DNA of 64,000 nucleotides from Lachnospiraceae bacterium 48-33 (GTDB lineage: Bacteria; Bacillota; Clostridia; Lachnospirales; Lachnospiraceae). Below, one piece after another: positions 9,181-19,454 of the stretch. Where the stretch lies: NCBI GenBank assembly GCA_041223485.1, contig JBCLQI010000005.1, one strand, 5' to 3'. The notes under the pieces are model-generated. The model did not search any database, was not told the DNA's origin, and was given only the letters and a program-made list of their open reading frames with translations. The position numbers and the translations under genes are program-made. Position 1 is the first letter of the stretch. Each line of letters begins with the position of its first letter.

Positions 9181-10301
9181 CTGTATACCTTCGAACCGTG
9201 CGCTGGTACAGTATTTGAGAAAATTTCTTTCTTTACTCCCAAATTTTTATGCTCAATACAGTCATAAAATTCCAGACCTCTGCCCGAGCCTGCATTCAAT
9301 CCCATATCCCAGAAGTTTACTGCAACCCCTGCCGCAGTATCACCCATATTAAACATGCCAATTGCAATATCTCCGTTTGATAAAAACTTTACCAAAACAA
9401 ATGACTCCGGATTTTCTGAACATAAAAATGGAGCTCTGCATTCTCTGTCCTGATTAATTGCGATTAAATCCCGATTCATCAAAATTTTCTTTGTTGTATC
9501 AGTAAGCTTTCTGACATCACATCCAATCATAAGAGGTGAATTCATAATTGCCCATAAGGAAAAATGTGTCTGATATTCCTCATCTGTACAACCTCCGGCA
9601 GAAATATATGAATTGCCGCCCTTTCCATACATGCCGACCACCAGCATATCCATATCATTATGACAATATGCTCCTGAAAATGCCTGCTTATCAAGCTGTG
9701 AATGTGCAATATCTCTGATGGAATTCCATGAATCATTAATATCACCGGTAGAACGGAACAAATGTGCTCCTGAAGAACGAATCCAGTCATATACAGAATC
9801 AGTACCCCACTGACATGCTGAAAACACAATATCTCTGCCTGAATTCGCCAGAGCGATTCCCATTCGGCGGTAAAGTGTTTTTCCATCATGATTTTGCGGT
9901 TTGTAGCAGTTATCATATTTCAAATAATCTACTCCCCACTCTGCAAACTGCGCAGCATCTTCAAATTCATGTTCAAAGCTTCCCGGATATCCGGCGCACG
10001 TTCTGGTTCCACAACAGCTATACATACCGAATTTAAAGCCTTTTTCGTGTACATAATCCGCCAGCGCCTTCATTCCGTTTGGAAACTTCTCCGGGTCTGC
10101 CACCAGCTTTCCTTCACTGTCACGTTCTCTTAAACTCCAACAGTCATCAATCACCACATACTCATATCCTGCCTCTAACAGTCCCTGTTCTTTCATGGCA
10201 TCTACTGTTTCTTTAATCAGGTCCTCGCTGATATTTTCTGTAAATGTGTTCCATGAATTCCATCCCATAGGAGGAACTTTACATAATGCTTTTCTTTCCA
10301 T
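9156..10301 (-). CDS. Alpha-galactosidase (melibiase), GH27
   Basis: PPMGWNSWNTF...YEYVVIDDCW...GFKFGMYSCCGTRTCAGYPGS...LKYDNCY is the GH27 signature, with a catalytic Asp in the YDNC motif. Confidence 0.85.
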   Translation of the reverse strand: MERKALCKVPPMGWNSWNTFTENISEDLIKETVDAMKEQGLLEAGYEYVVIDDCWSLRERDSEGKLVADPEKFPNGMKALADYVHEKGFKFGMYSCCGTRTCAGYPGSFEHEFEDAAQFAEWGVDYLKYDNCYKPQNHDGKTLYRRMGIALANSGRDIVFSACQWGTDSVYDWIRSSGAHLFRSTGDINDSWNSIRDIAHSQLDKQAFSGAYCHNDMDMLVVGMYGKGGNSYISAGGCTDEEYQTHFSLWAIMNSPLMIGCDVRKLTDTTKKILMNRDLIAINQDRECRAPFLCSENPESFVLVKFLSNGDIAIGMFNMGDTAAGVAVNFWDMGLNAGSGRGLEFYDCIEHKNLGVKKEIFSNTVPAHGSKVYRCRVVSVR

Positions 10302-10493
10302 AACTTACCGTCTCCTTTTTGTATATTTTTTTAATAATCAACACATGACTCGATTTCGATTATAAAAGAAATCAAAAAAATTGCAAGCTTTTTATTTTAT
10401 AATATTTCTTTCCTTTTTTCTGCACTGCAATCCGGAAAAACTGTCCATAAGCATTATACAATACATGCTTTGAATTATACAATACTAAAAATA

Positions 10494-10538
10494 AAATAAC
10501 AGCTAATTTAAAACAAACTTTTAAACTAGCTGTTATTT
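10494..10538 (-). terminator. Rho-independent terminator after the GH97-like gene
   Basis: Inverted repeat ATAACAGCTA...TAGCTGTTAT (10 bp stem), followed on the minus strand by TTATTTTATTTTT. Confidence 0.5.
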
Positions 10539-10555
10539 ATAAATTCAATTAAATT

Positions 10556-13500
10556 TTATATTTCATTCTTACTATTTTTCTTTCTGCTTAAAACAACCGC
10601 TGCCATAACTGCCGCTGATATTATAAAAAGAATATTATATATCCCTGTATTGCTTGTGTCTCCTGTTTTTTCAGAACCACTCAGTGTTTCATCTTTTTTC
10701 TCCGATACATTCTGTGTCGTTTGCTCTGTTGAGTTTTGTTCCTTATTTTCTGTCAAAGTTTCTAACGGATTCTCCGACGTGTCTTCAGGTGAAGTTTCTG
10801 ACGGACTTTCAGATTCATTAGGTTCAACAGTTGTTTTGGAAATGCCAACACTTAAAATATTTGGTGCCCATCCATCTGCATTAAACAATGTAATAATATT
10901 TTCACCTGCCTGCAATACTACATCTAAATAAATCGTTTCGGCAGAATCCACGGTATAGGAACCAGTAGACGGACATACTACTGTTTTGGCTTCGCCGTCG
11001 TTTACCTTTATCTGCACATTTCTTGTTTCTCCTGCGTAATAAGTAAGCTGAAGCTTATAACTTCCGGTTTCATCAGCGGCTACATGAAATACCGCTGTAC
11101 AGTTAGCACTGTTTCCAAGCCATCCGATTCCTCCGTTTTCAAGCTTTGCGCCTCCTGCGAGTATTGCGGACTCCGCATTATATATTGTGTATTCGTATTG
11201 TGTTCCGTCAACCGGCTTAATTCCATCATCTGTATTATCAGTCACAGTTGCCTCCTGATTGGCTTTCTGCTTAGAAACAGCGATTCTGTCCACATCCGGC
11301 GCTTTTGTTTCGTTATTAAAGAAGGTTATGCTGTTTTTTCCTTTCTTTAAATTTACATAAAAGCTGTCTGCTGACACTGCATTTACTCCACAGTTCAGCT
11401 TCTTTGTACGAATTGCCTCTTCCCCATTAATACTATAACAGATTCTTCTTTCTACACCGGTAGAATAATACAGGCGCATTTCGTAAACACCGTCTTCTGC
11501 TGCCTCAATATTATTGATTGTCAGTGTATTACTCTTTAATCCTCCTATTCCGCCTACTCTTTTCATGCCTGATACAAACTGATTCACTATAAGAGATGTA
11601 TTACCTCCCAAAGTGTTTGCACTGTCTTCTGCCTCATAAAAAGTATAATCATCATATGCGGTTGATAATTTCATATCCTTCTTTGTAAGCTTTATAGAAA
11701 TACCACCGTTTTCTAGTAAATGAATATCCAGTCCCTTATCTTTTGTTACAGTTGTCTGCTGGATTACAATATCGTTTCCCTCTTCATTATCCTCAAAAAT
11801 ATAAGCGTTGTATTCACCGTCTCCAAGAAAACTCAAATCAAGTGTTGTATCCCATGCATCCGCTGTCATGGCACCGATATACCAGTCCTCACCATTTCTT
11901 CTGGCTACTGCAAGGTACTTCGCCGGATATCCGTCGATTAGCCTTGTTTCATCCCATGTAACTGGAATATCATTCATCAGTGCCAATCCTTTGAATCCTT
12001 CCAGTTTAAAAACAGAAGAAGCATAGTTTGGCAGACCGGATTCATAAGCGACAATCTGTGCAAGCTGATAACCTGCCGTTGTATTTAACTGATTAATCTT
12101 CATTGCCGGTGGTGTATAATCCATACCACCCAGAACATTTCTTGTAAATAAATAAGTAAGCTGTGATGCTACTGTGGAACCAACATTCCACTTAAACCAT
12201 TCCGCGCCGCGCACTGCCTCATAGCCTAATACATTTGGAAAGGTTCTCTGTTCGCCGCTTGGCACATTACAGCCATGGAATAGTACATTCAATTTATGCT
12301 TTGCCGCAATTGTAGCGCAGTCATACATTTGTTTCATGGTATATTGATTATCACTCTCATAATAATCTACCTTTACGCCTTTTACTCCCGTTTCCTCACA
12401 CCATGCAAACTGTTCCTCCAACTGGTCTGCTGTCTTTAAGGAATATTTCGGATATGCCGCCTCACCGGCTGCATCCTTAAATCCACTGTGGTTTTGGTTG
12501 TTCACTCCATACCAGAGCATAATATCGACGCCTTTTTTATTCGCATAATCTGTAAGCTCTTTTACTTTTTCTTTATAATCTGTCCACAGACACCATCCAA
12601 AGTCAATGCAGACGTATTCCCATCCGTTTTCTGCGGCAAAATCAATATAATCCTTCTGCTGTTCATATTCCACAGGGTCATCACCGGATTCTGACCACCA
12701 TGACCATGCGACTCTTCCCTGTCTGACATACGACGTATCTGCATATAATGTTTTGTCAGGTTCCGGATTTACACTTGTGAATATGCTTGCGTTCACAATA
12801 TCATTCAGATTATCTGCGATTGCTGCTACTCTCCATGGAGTAGATACTGTACCATCAGATTTATATGTTTTGGATACTGCGCTGGTCTGCTTATTGCCGA
12901 ACTGTATCTTTAAATTTCTTGAACCAGATTTTGTGGAGAGATAAGAAGCACAGTATGGGTCATTATCATTATATACGCCGCCTTCTGCAATCAGTACCCA
13001 CATGCCATTTTTGCTGTCATTTGCAAGAAACGGTACCGGAAGATTTCCTGAAAGGTTCTTAATACTCTTCATGGAACTCTTGACAAAATTAAATTCATAA
13101 TTTACATCTGTGCTGTCTCCCTGCCAGACATCAGAGGAAGCTGGAAGCACATATTCACTGGCTTCTTCTTCAATGCTCACTTTGCTGTCTGACTCGCCAA
13201 ACAGAGTATATTGATACGCAATTCCTCCGTTAAAGCTCTTTATTGTTACTTTGATTTTCTGCGATGCATTGTCTTTCTTTGCCAGTTCAAAGGAAATTTC
13301 TTTATATGAATCGGAAACCTGTCCTTTAGAACCGCTTGTCATTGTATAATTTTCAGTACCTTCGGTTTCTTTCAGGCTGTTTTCTACATATACCATATCA
13401 TGGGTAAAATCAACAGAAGTTTTAATACCAAGCTGCGAAGCCTGAAGTACAGTTGTTCCATTTTTTTCTGTTGTGTAGAAAAATCTGCCTGTCTTATCGT

Positions 13501-14497
13501 CTGTCATAAGCTGTGTTTTTAATGTTCCGTCTGGAGATGTAACAGATACACGTTCCACTGGCAAAACGGATGTTCCGTCTGTGAGCTGCGTTGCGCTGCC
13601 ATAATCCTTTTCCTCCTCCGGCGTTACAGAAAAACCATATGTACCTGCCAGTTCTGCCACTTCCTTTGTTGTCAGCGCTCTCTTATATAATGAAACATCA
13701 TCAAGCGAAACAGCACAGTCAGGGTCAGCCCATCCGGAGCTTGTTTTTCCAAGAGAGTTTCTTACCAGAGATTCCATGTCGTTTAAGCGTGCTGTTAATT
13801 CTGTTTCACCGCCGGCAGTTATGGAAGAAGCAACCTCTTCTCCGTTTACATAAAATGTAATGCCATATTTTGTTACAGTGAAGGTAATCAGATGCCAGAT
13901 ATCTTTTTCCGGTTCTGTTGTATAAATAGAACGATATACATTGTTTCCGTCAAAGATAACATTCCATACTTTATCTGCAGCATAAGGAGCATATGCAAAT
14001 TCATCGCCTTCTGCGGCATTTGCCGAACTGATTGCTCTTGTATAACTGCCAGCAGCTCCGTCTGTTTTTGCCCAGAAGGAATATGTAAAACCTGTGTCCG
14101 CAGTTACCCCTTTATAAAGTTCAGCGGGAAGTTCAGCATAGGAAGAACCTTTCGTACCACCTGATAAAACCAATACTTTGTTACCGTCCTTGGAGTATAT
14201 CTGCTCTCCTATTTTCACTTCAGATAACTCTGTCTTTGCCGTTCCTTTTAACTGTGCATCGCCTTTGCCGGCTGTCCCTTTGTTTTGCACAGTATTATTA
14301 ACTGTGTCCTCAAAATCCCAGAAATAATCTGGTGAAACTGTTGATGATTCCTTTAAGCGTTCCTGGGCCTTTGCCGGCTTTGAAGGCTGAATCCAGCCAA
14401 CAGAGGTAACTGCCACAGCGGCAGCCATTATTCCCGACGCAATCTTTTTCGTTGCAGCCCTTTTCCTTGTAAAATTTTTCCATTTTTTTCTCTTCAT
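10556..14497 (-). CDS. Large secreted multidomain glycoside hydrolase (GH97-like TIM-barrel core) with a LamG/concanavalin-like domain, two CBM6/CBM35-like modules, an S/T/E-rich linker and a C-terminal membrane anchor
   Basis: Signal peptide present. Catalytic region FAAENGWEYVCIDFGWCLW...GVKGVKVDYYESD resembles the GH97 G(F/V)KGVKVDF block. Later segments (YEAEDSANTLGG...; YNAESAILAGGAKLENGG...) look like CBM6/35. The C-terminus ends in a hydrophobic helix plus RKKNSKNEI, with no LPXTG motif. The family assignment is tentative. Confidence 0.65.
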   Translation of the reverse strand: MKRKKWKNFTRKRAATKKIASGIMAAAVAVTSVGWIQPSKPAKAQERLKESSTVSPDYFWDFEDTVNNTVQNKGTAGKGDAQLKGTAKTELSEVKIGEQIYSKDGNKVLVLSGGTKGSSYAELPAELYKGVTADTGFTYSFWAKTDGAAGSYTRAISSANAAEGDEFAYAPYAADKVWNVIFDGNNVYRSIYTTEPEKDIWHLITFTVTKYGITFYVNGEEVASSITAGGETELTARLNDMESLVRNSLGKTSSGWADPDCAVSLDDVSLYKRALTTKEVAELAGTYGFSVTPEEEKDYGSATQLTDGTSVLPVERVSVTSPDGTLKTQLMTDDKTGRFFYTTEKNGTTVLQASQLGIKTSVDFTHDMVYVENSLKETEGTENYTMTSGSKGQVSDSYKEISFELAKKDNASQKIKVTIKSFNGGIAYQYTLFGESDSKVSIEEEASEYVLPASSDVWQGDSTDVNYEFNFVKSSMKSIKNLSGNLPVPFLANDSKNGMWVLIAEGGVYNDNDPYCASYLSTKSGSRNLKIQFGNKQTSAVSKTYKSDGTVSTPWRVAAIADNLNDIVNASIFTSVNPEPDKTLYADTSYVRQGRVAWSWWSESGDDPVEYEQQKDYIDFAAENGWEYVCIDFGWCLWTDYKEKVKELTDYANKKGVDIMLWYGVNNQNHSGFKDAAGEAAYPKYSLKTADQLEEQFAWCEETGVKGVKVDYYESDNQYTMKQMYDCATIAAKHKLNVLFHGCNVPSGEQRTFPNVLGYEAVRGAEWFKWNVGSTVASQLTYLFTRNVLGGMDYTPPAMKINQLNTTAGYQLAQIVAYESGLPNYASSVFKLEGFKGLALMNDIPVTWDETRLIDGYPAKYLAVARRNGEDWYIGAMTADAWDTTLDLSFLGDGEYNAYIFEDNEEGNDIVIQQTTVTKDKGLDIHLLENGGISIKLTKKDMKLSTAYDDYTFYEAEDSANTLGGNTSLIVNQFVSGMKRVGGIGGLKSNTLTINNIEAAEDGVYEMRLYYSTGVERRICYSINGEEAIRTKKLNCGVNAVSADSFYVNLKKGKNSITFFNNETKAPDVDRIAVSKQKANQEATVTDNTDDGIKPVDGTQYEYTIYNAESAILAGGAKLENGGIGWLGNSANCTAVFHVAADETGSYKLQLTYYAGETRNVQIKVNDGEAKTVVCPSTGSYTVDSAETIYLDVVLQAGENIITLFNADGWAPNILSVGISKTTVEPNESESPSETSPEDTSENPLETLTENKEQNSTEQTTQNVSEKKDETLSGSEKTGDTSNTGIYNILFIISAAVMAAVVLSRKKNSKNEI

Positions 14498-14613
14498 AGT
14501 GCATAGTCCTTTCCTGAAAATATTTTTAATGCTTCATAAGAATATTTTATTGGTTATTTACTGATTTTCCTATGGAATTTTGTGAGAAATGCTATGCAAA
14601 ATGTGAGTAATTA

Positions 14614-15528
14614 CTAATTGCTGTCTGTATGCTTTTGTAAATATTCAAGTACTTTTTCCTTTGCCATATTTGCTCCTGTTGGTGAAAACCCATGTCCTTC
14701 ACCATTCATTGTTATCAGCTCTGCATGAGGATACTTTTTTTGTGCTTCCACAGAATAGGAAAGAGGAACGATTTCATCCCTATCCCCATGCAGGATAAGC
14801 ACATCTTTGTCATAAGAGCCAATATTGTCAAAGGTATAAAAATCATGTATATCTGTAAAAAAATTTCTTCCTAACTTAAGTCCCCAAAAATCTACTGTTT
14901 CCGGTATTTTTTCAATATCTGGATAATTTTTTCTCCAATCGTCTGGTATAGAAAATGCAGGAAAATAAAGAATCATTCCCTTTACCTTTTCCGCCCTTTC
15001 CTCTGCTGCGAGTGCTGTTACCAGTCCACCCTGGCTTCCTCCGAAAAGGAATATCTGCTCTTTATCTACGTTTTCCATAGTCTGAAAATAATCAAAAATT
15101 GCAAGTATATCGGATTTTTCTGTAAAGATTGTCATATCCGTAGTTTTCCCTGTGCTTTTAGAACCTCCTGAGCCGCCACAGAAATCAAACGCATATGCAA
15201 GATAGCCATTTTGTGCATAATATTTACACTCATTTACAAAATCGTTATTTGTTCCATTATATCCATGACTTAAAATAATCACCGGATGCTTTCCTTCTTC
15301 CACTGGTACATAAAGCTTTCCATATATCGTGTTCTCGCCATTTTGAATACAAAGCTCTTCAACATTAATAACATCTTTTTTTATATCCTTTTTCGTTTCG
15401 TTTTTTTCATTGTGGTCTGTCTGCTTGCTGGCTGTTTTGTCCTCCTCTTCTGAATGATTGGCTTTACATGCAAATAACAGCATAGTTGTACTTACCATTA
15501 TAATCCCCAAAAATAATTTTTTTCTCAT
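14614..15528 (-). CDS. Lipoprotein alpha/beta-hydrolase (esterase/peptidase-like)
   Basis: Lipobox LLFAC. GGSQGG nucleophile elbow (GxSxG). Downstream HGDRDEIVP segment typical of the catalytic Asp/His region of dienelactone-hydrolase/S9-like folds. Confidence 0.65.
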   Translation of the reverse strand: MRKKLFLGIIMVSTTMLLFACKANHSEEEDKTASKQTDHNEKNETKKDIKKDVINVEELCIQNGENTIYGKLYVPVEEGKHPVIILSHGYNGTNNDFVNECKYYAQNGYLAYAFDFCGGSGGSKSTGKTTDMTIFTEKSDILAIFDYFQTMENVDKEQIFLFGGSQGGLVTALAAEERAEKVKGMILYFPAFSIPDDWRKNYPDIEKIPETVDFWGLKLGRNFFTDIHDFYTFDNIGSYDKDVLILHGDRDEIVPLSYSVEAQKKYPHAELITMNGEGHGFSPTGANMAKEKVLEYLQKHTDSN

Positions 15529-15722
15529 CTTCTGCTCCTTTCAGCTTTTTCTTCATTCTCCTATCATACTATTATTGTTTGACAGCAAAAATAAAATAAC
15601 ATATATTATTCTACCAGTTATTTTTAGATTTTTACATGGATTTTTGTGACATATAATGTGCATAATGCAAGATAAATAATCGGAGCTGTTGCACTAATGC
15701 AACAGCTCCTTGTCCCTTGTCT

Positions 15723-16595
15723 TTATTTTTCCTGCTCCCGAAATTCTGTCGGACTGATTCCCGTATGTTTCTTAAACATTTTGGAAAAAGCCATCGGGTC
15801 GCTGTACCCGATTTGCAGTGCAATTTCCCCTACCTTTTTTTCTGTCTGTGATAATAATACTTTCGCCTGTTCCATTCGATATCTCAAAAGATACTCCTGC
15901 GGAGATAAATTTGTTACAGTTTTAAAAATATTTGTCAAATAACTGCGGTCAATCCCAACATAACCGGCAATATCATTAATTTTCACATCGCTTTTATAGT
16001 TTCTCTGGATATAATCTATCGCCTGCTCCACATAGATTTTATAAGGATAGTCATACCTTTCCTCTTTTGGCAGTCTGGCACGGTACTCATCAATCAGCAC
16101 AGAAAGCACTTGAAGCAGCGCCGCCTGTCTTTTCAGTTCATTGGAATGTGTCAAATGCCTGCATATAATCATTTGCTGTATATACGAAAATACCAGTGGT
16201 GTATTTTCACATCTGCATGTAATAGTATCTCCCTCAAGACCTGCATAGGCAAGATAGGCGGGCGCCTTGATTCCATTAAAGCCTACCCAGAGATAGGACC
16301 ATGGATTAGCAAAATCCGCTACATAATAAACTTCTGTATTCGGCTTTATCAGAAACACATCGCCTCTGGAAAGATGATAAGTATGCCCGCCACAGGTAAA
16401 ACTTCCCTTTCCGTCACTGATAAAGTGCAAAATATACTCTTCTCTTTTTCCCGGTCCGAAAAAATGTCCGGCTACACAGTTTTGTATTCCACAGGTTGAT
16501 AAATATAAATCAATCGTACTGTGATTCAAATCTTCAAGACACTGAAACCCCGCAAAATTTAAATAAGTTGCATTTTCCATTTTTGGCTTCTCCAT
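15723..16595 (-). CDS. AraC/XylS-family transcriptional regulator with an N-terminal cupin sensor
   Basis: C-terminal dual-HTH motif (IAGYVGIDRSYLTNIFK...IALQIGYSDPMAFSKMFKK) and an N-terminal cupin-like domain. Confidence 0.85.
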   Translation of the reverse strand: MEKPKMENATYLNFAGFQCLEDLNHSTIDLYLSTCGIQNCVAGHFFGPGKREEYILHFISDGKGSFTCGGHTYHLSRGDVFLIKPNTEVYYVADFANPWSYLWVGFNGIKAPAYLAYAGLEGDTITCRCENTPLVFSYIQQMIICRHLTHSNELKRQAALLQVLSVLIDEYRARLPKEERYDYPYKIYVEQAIDYIQRNYKSDVKINDIAGYVGIDRSYLTNIFKTVTNLSPQEYLLRYRMEQAKVLLSQTEKKVGEIALQIGYSDPMAFSKMFKKHTGISPTEFREQEK

Positions 16596-16784
16596 TTTTC
16601 CATTTGATTTGTCCGTTACTCCCCAATCAAAACAGTCTGTCCATCAAAAACAAATCCACAATGCCGAATATGCTCCATTGTTTTATCTTTTTACAATCCT
16701 GATTTCAAAATCCTGTATTTCAGCAGAAATCATTAATCCCATATTTGAATGCTGCTCTTGAAAGAGGGCAACTAACAACATAGA

Positions 16785-18215
16785 TTATAATTCCCGAAGC
16801 CTCTCTACAATTCTCTCAAAATGCATTGCATGGCTTGCTTTTACCAGTATGGTATCTCCCTGTTTTACCATTAAATCAAGAAACATCAACAAATCCTCTA
16901 CCGTATTATAATAATAACATTCCATATTTTTGTTGCTGTCTTTTAATCCCTGATATATATTTTCACTTAAAGTTCCCACAAGAAAAGCAGTATCAATCAT
17001 TTTCTCTCCAAGATAGGCTCCCACTCCATAGTGCAGTTTCTTTTCATCGGCACCAAGCTCAAACATATCGCCAAGAATTGCCACCTTTCTGGTGTCTGCG
17101 CTGTCCAGAACATCTATGGAAGACTTCATGGAAACCGGATTTGCATTATAGCAGTCATCAATCACAGTATATTTTCCGGTTTCCACAATATTGAGTCTGC
17201 TGCCCACGGACTTTATATTTTCAATTCCCCGCTTCATATCTTTGCTGTTCATATCAAACAGACTTCCTACCGCAATCGCTGCCATTGCATTATACACCAT
17301 ATGTCGGCCTGGAAGACTGAAGCTCACCTCTATTTTCTCTACTGTTCCATTAACACGAGTGAAACAAATGGTACTCTCTGTTCCATAAATCCCGTTTGTT
17401 TTAATATTTTCCGCAAAAACATCGCCTTTATTCTCCCCTTTCTGCATACCATAAAAAATATATTTTTTAACCTTATTCAGGCAATCATAAGCTGCATGAT
17501 TTTCTGGAATAGTGCTTAATTTATCATCATCTTTATTCAAAACTGCATAACAGTTTTCTGTTGCAAAATCAAAAATCTCTGACTTTGCCTTTAGTATTCC
17601 ATCTCTTGAACCAAGGTTTTCCAGATGACATAATCCTATATTTGTCATAACGCAGACATCTGGTTTTACCATATAGCTTAATCTGTGCATTTCTCCAAAA
17701 TCACTAATACCCATTTCCACAACAGCGACTTCATGATAATCCCGAATACTTAAAAGAGTAAGAGGCACACCGATTTCATTATTAAAATTTCCCTCTGTTT
17801 TTAATACCCTGAAATTTTGTTCCAGCACAGAGGCAATAAATTCCTTTGTGCTTGTTTTTCCGACACTTCCTGTAATTCCCACAATTTTAATATCAAGCGA
17901 TTCCCGATAAAAAGCCGCGATATCCTTTAATGCCTGAAGAGAAGATTCTACAAGAATATACGGTCCCATTCCATTTGATTTATCATCCGGCTTTTTTTCA
18001 CAGATAACACACAATGCCTTTTTTGCAAATACATCCTCAATAAAATCATGTCCGTCAACCCGTTCTCCCTTTACAGCAATAAACAGATAATTCTCTTCAA
18101 CCTTTCTCGAATCAATCACCACTCCGGCAGCTTCCGCTGCTTCTGAAAAACTGTCTGCTCCAAACAGTGTCCCGTTTACAGCTTTTGCAATATTTCCAAG
18201 ACTTAAATTCTTCAT
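16785..18215 (-). CDS. murF: UDP-N-acetylmuramoyl-tripeptide--D-alanyl-D-alanine ligase
   Basis: P-loop GITGSVGKTSTKE, Mur ligase domain order, 476 aa. Overlaps ddl by ATGA (translational coupling). Confidence 0.9.
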   Translation of the reverse strand: MKNLSLGNIAKAVNGTLFGADSFSEAAEAAGVVIDSRKVEENYLFIAVKGERVDGHDFIEDVFAKKALCVICEKKPDDKSNGMGPYILVESSLQALKDIAAFYRESLDIKIVGITGSVGKTSTKEFIASVLEQNFRVLKTEGNFNNEIGVPLTLLSIRDYHEVAVVEMGISDFGEMHRLSYMVKPDVCVMTNIGLCHLENLGSRDGILKAKSEIFDFATENCYAVLNKDDDKLSTIPENHAAYDCLNKVKKYIFYGMQKGENKGDVFAENIKTNGIYGTESTICFTRVNGTVEKIEVSFSLPGRHMVYNAMAAIAVGSLFDMNSKDMKRGIENIKSVGSRLNIVETGKYTVIDDCYNANPVSMKSSIDVLDSADTRKVAILGDMFELGADEKKLHYGVGAYLGEKMIDTAFLVGTLSENIYQGLKDSNKNMECYYYNTVEDLLMFLDLMVKQGDTILVKASHAMHFERIVERLREL

Positions 18216-19279
18216 TTTCTGTTTTCATCCTCTTCCTTTTTCTTTTTATGTAATTTTTTCAGTGAAATTTCCATAAATTTCTCACACAAAGCTGGATAAT
18301 CCATTCCTATAACAGCAGCCTCCTGCGGTAAGAGACTGGTTGGTGTCATACCCGGAAGAGTGTTTGCTTCCAGACAATAACAGTTTTCCTCTTTATCCAT
18401 AAGTATATCAACCCTGCAATACGTATCAATTCCCAATGACCTTGCGGCTGACACGGCAATAGACTGAATTTTTTCACATAAGACACTTGAAATATGAGCC
18501 GGACAGATTTCATCTACTGCGCCGGCAGTATATTTATTTTTATAATCATAGGTTCCCTGTTTTGGAATAATTTCAATTATAGGAAGAGCTTTATATTCAA
18601 TTACTCCGACAGAAAATTCTCTTCCCTTTACACATTCTTCTACAATGACCTCATCTTCATAAAAAAAGGCGTTATGAAGAGCTTCTTTATATTCCGAATC
18701 ATTTTCAGCATAATAAACGCCCACACTGGAACCTCCACAGCTTGGCTTTACTACACATGGATAAGTCATATCATATCGCGAAATATCCGGTGTATCCATT
18801 CCTTTATAAGCAGTAAATCCTTTTGCTATCGGAATTTCACGAACAGAAAACAGTTCTCTGGACACAGATTTATTCATCGCCATAGCGCTGCTTAAATGGT
18901 CTGCGCCTGTGTATGGGATTCCCAGAAGTTCTAATACCGCCTGAATCTTTCCATCCTCTCCATTTGCGCCGTGAAGCCCCAGAAATACAATATCTGCCGC
19001 TCGGCATACATCTATTACATTTGGACCGAAAAATTCTTTCCGTTCTTTTTTCAGCCTTTCTATCTCTGATGATTTTTCTTTAATGCTGGCAAGCTCCTTT
19101 TCCATATCATAATCGTTGTTAAATACAGATGTAATATCTAAATGCTCATATCCAAGAAAAACATCGATTAAAACTGCCCGATGCCCTCTGCTTCTCAATG
19201 CTTTGCAGATGCCCTCGCTGGATATCAGCGAAATCTCACGCTCAGTACTTGTTCCACCACATAATACCACAATATTCAT
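18212..19279 (-). CDS. ddl: D-alanine--D-alanine ligase
   Basis: N-terminal IVVLCGGTSTEREISLISS and an ATP-grasp core. Lies immediately upstream of murF. Confidence 0.9.
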   Translation of the reverse strand: MNIVVLCGGTSTEREISLISSEGICKALRSRGHRAVLIDVFLGYEHLDITSVFNNDYDMEKELASIKEKSSEIERLKKERKEFFGPNVIDVCRAADIVFLGLHGANGEDGKIQAVLELLGIPYTGADHLSSAMAMNKSVSRELFSVREIPIAKGFTAYKGMDTPDISRYDMTYPCVVKPSCGGSSVGVYYAENDSEYKEALHNAFFYEDEVIVEECVKGREFSVGVIEYKALPIIEIIPKQGTYDYKNKYTAGAVDEICPAHISSVLCEKIQSIAVSAARSLGIDTYCRVDILMDKEENCYCLEANTLPGMTPTSLLPQEAAVIGMDYPALCEKFMEISLKKLHKKKKEEDENRK

Positions 19280-19336
19280 GTGAAAACCTCCAAAAAATTT
19301 TTATGTTTGAATATTATATGTTCTATATAAAAAGTT

Positions 19337-19361
19337 GTTACGCGGACATAGTCCGCGTAAC
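19337..19361 (-). terminator. Rho-independent terminator: perfect 11 bp stem GTTACGCGGAC-ATA-GTCCGCGTAAC
   Basis: Perfect inverted repeat seen in the sequence, followed by a T-run on the minus strand. Sits between the 429-aa gene and ddl. Confidence 0.55.
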
Positions 19362-19454
19362 TTATTTTACATAATATGGTGGAAAATTACAAGGATTATT
19401 TTATATGAATCCTCCATTGTCTATCAATGATAAGATTGGTTTACATACATATAA

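Noticed and set aside
16826-17519. Plus-strand ORFs of 122-162 aa inside murF
   Set aside because: Antisense to a confidently identified Mur ligase. No independent support.
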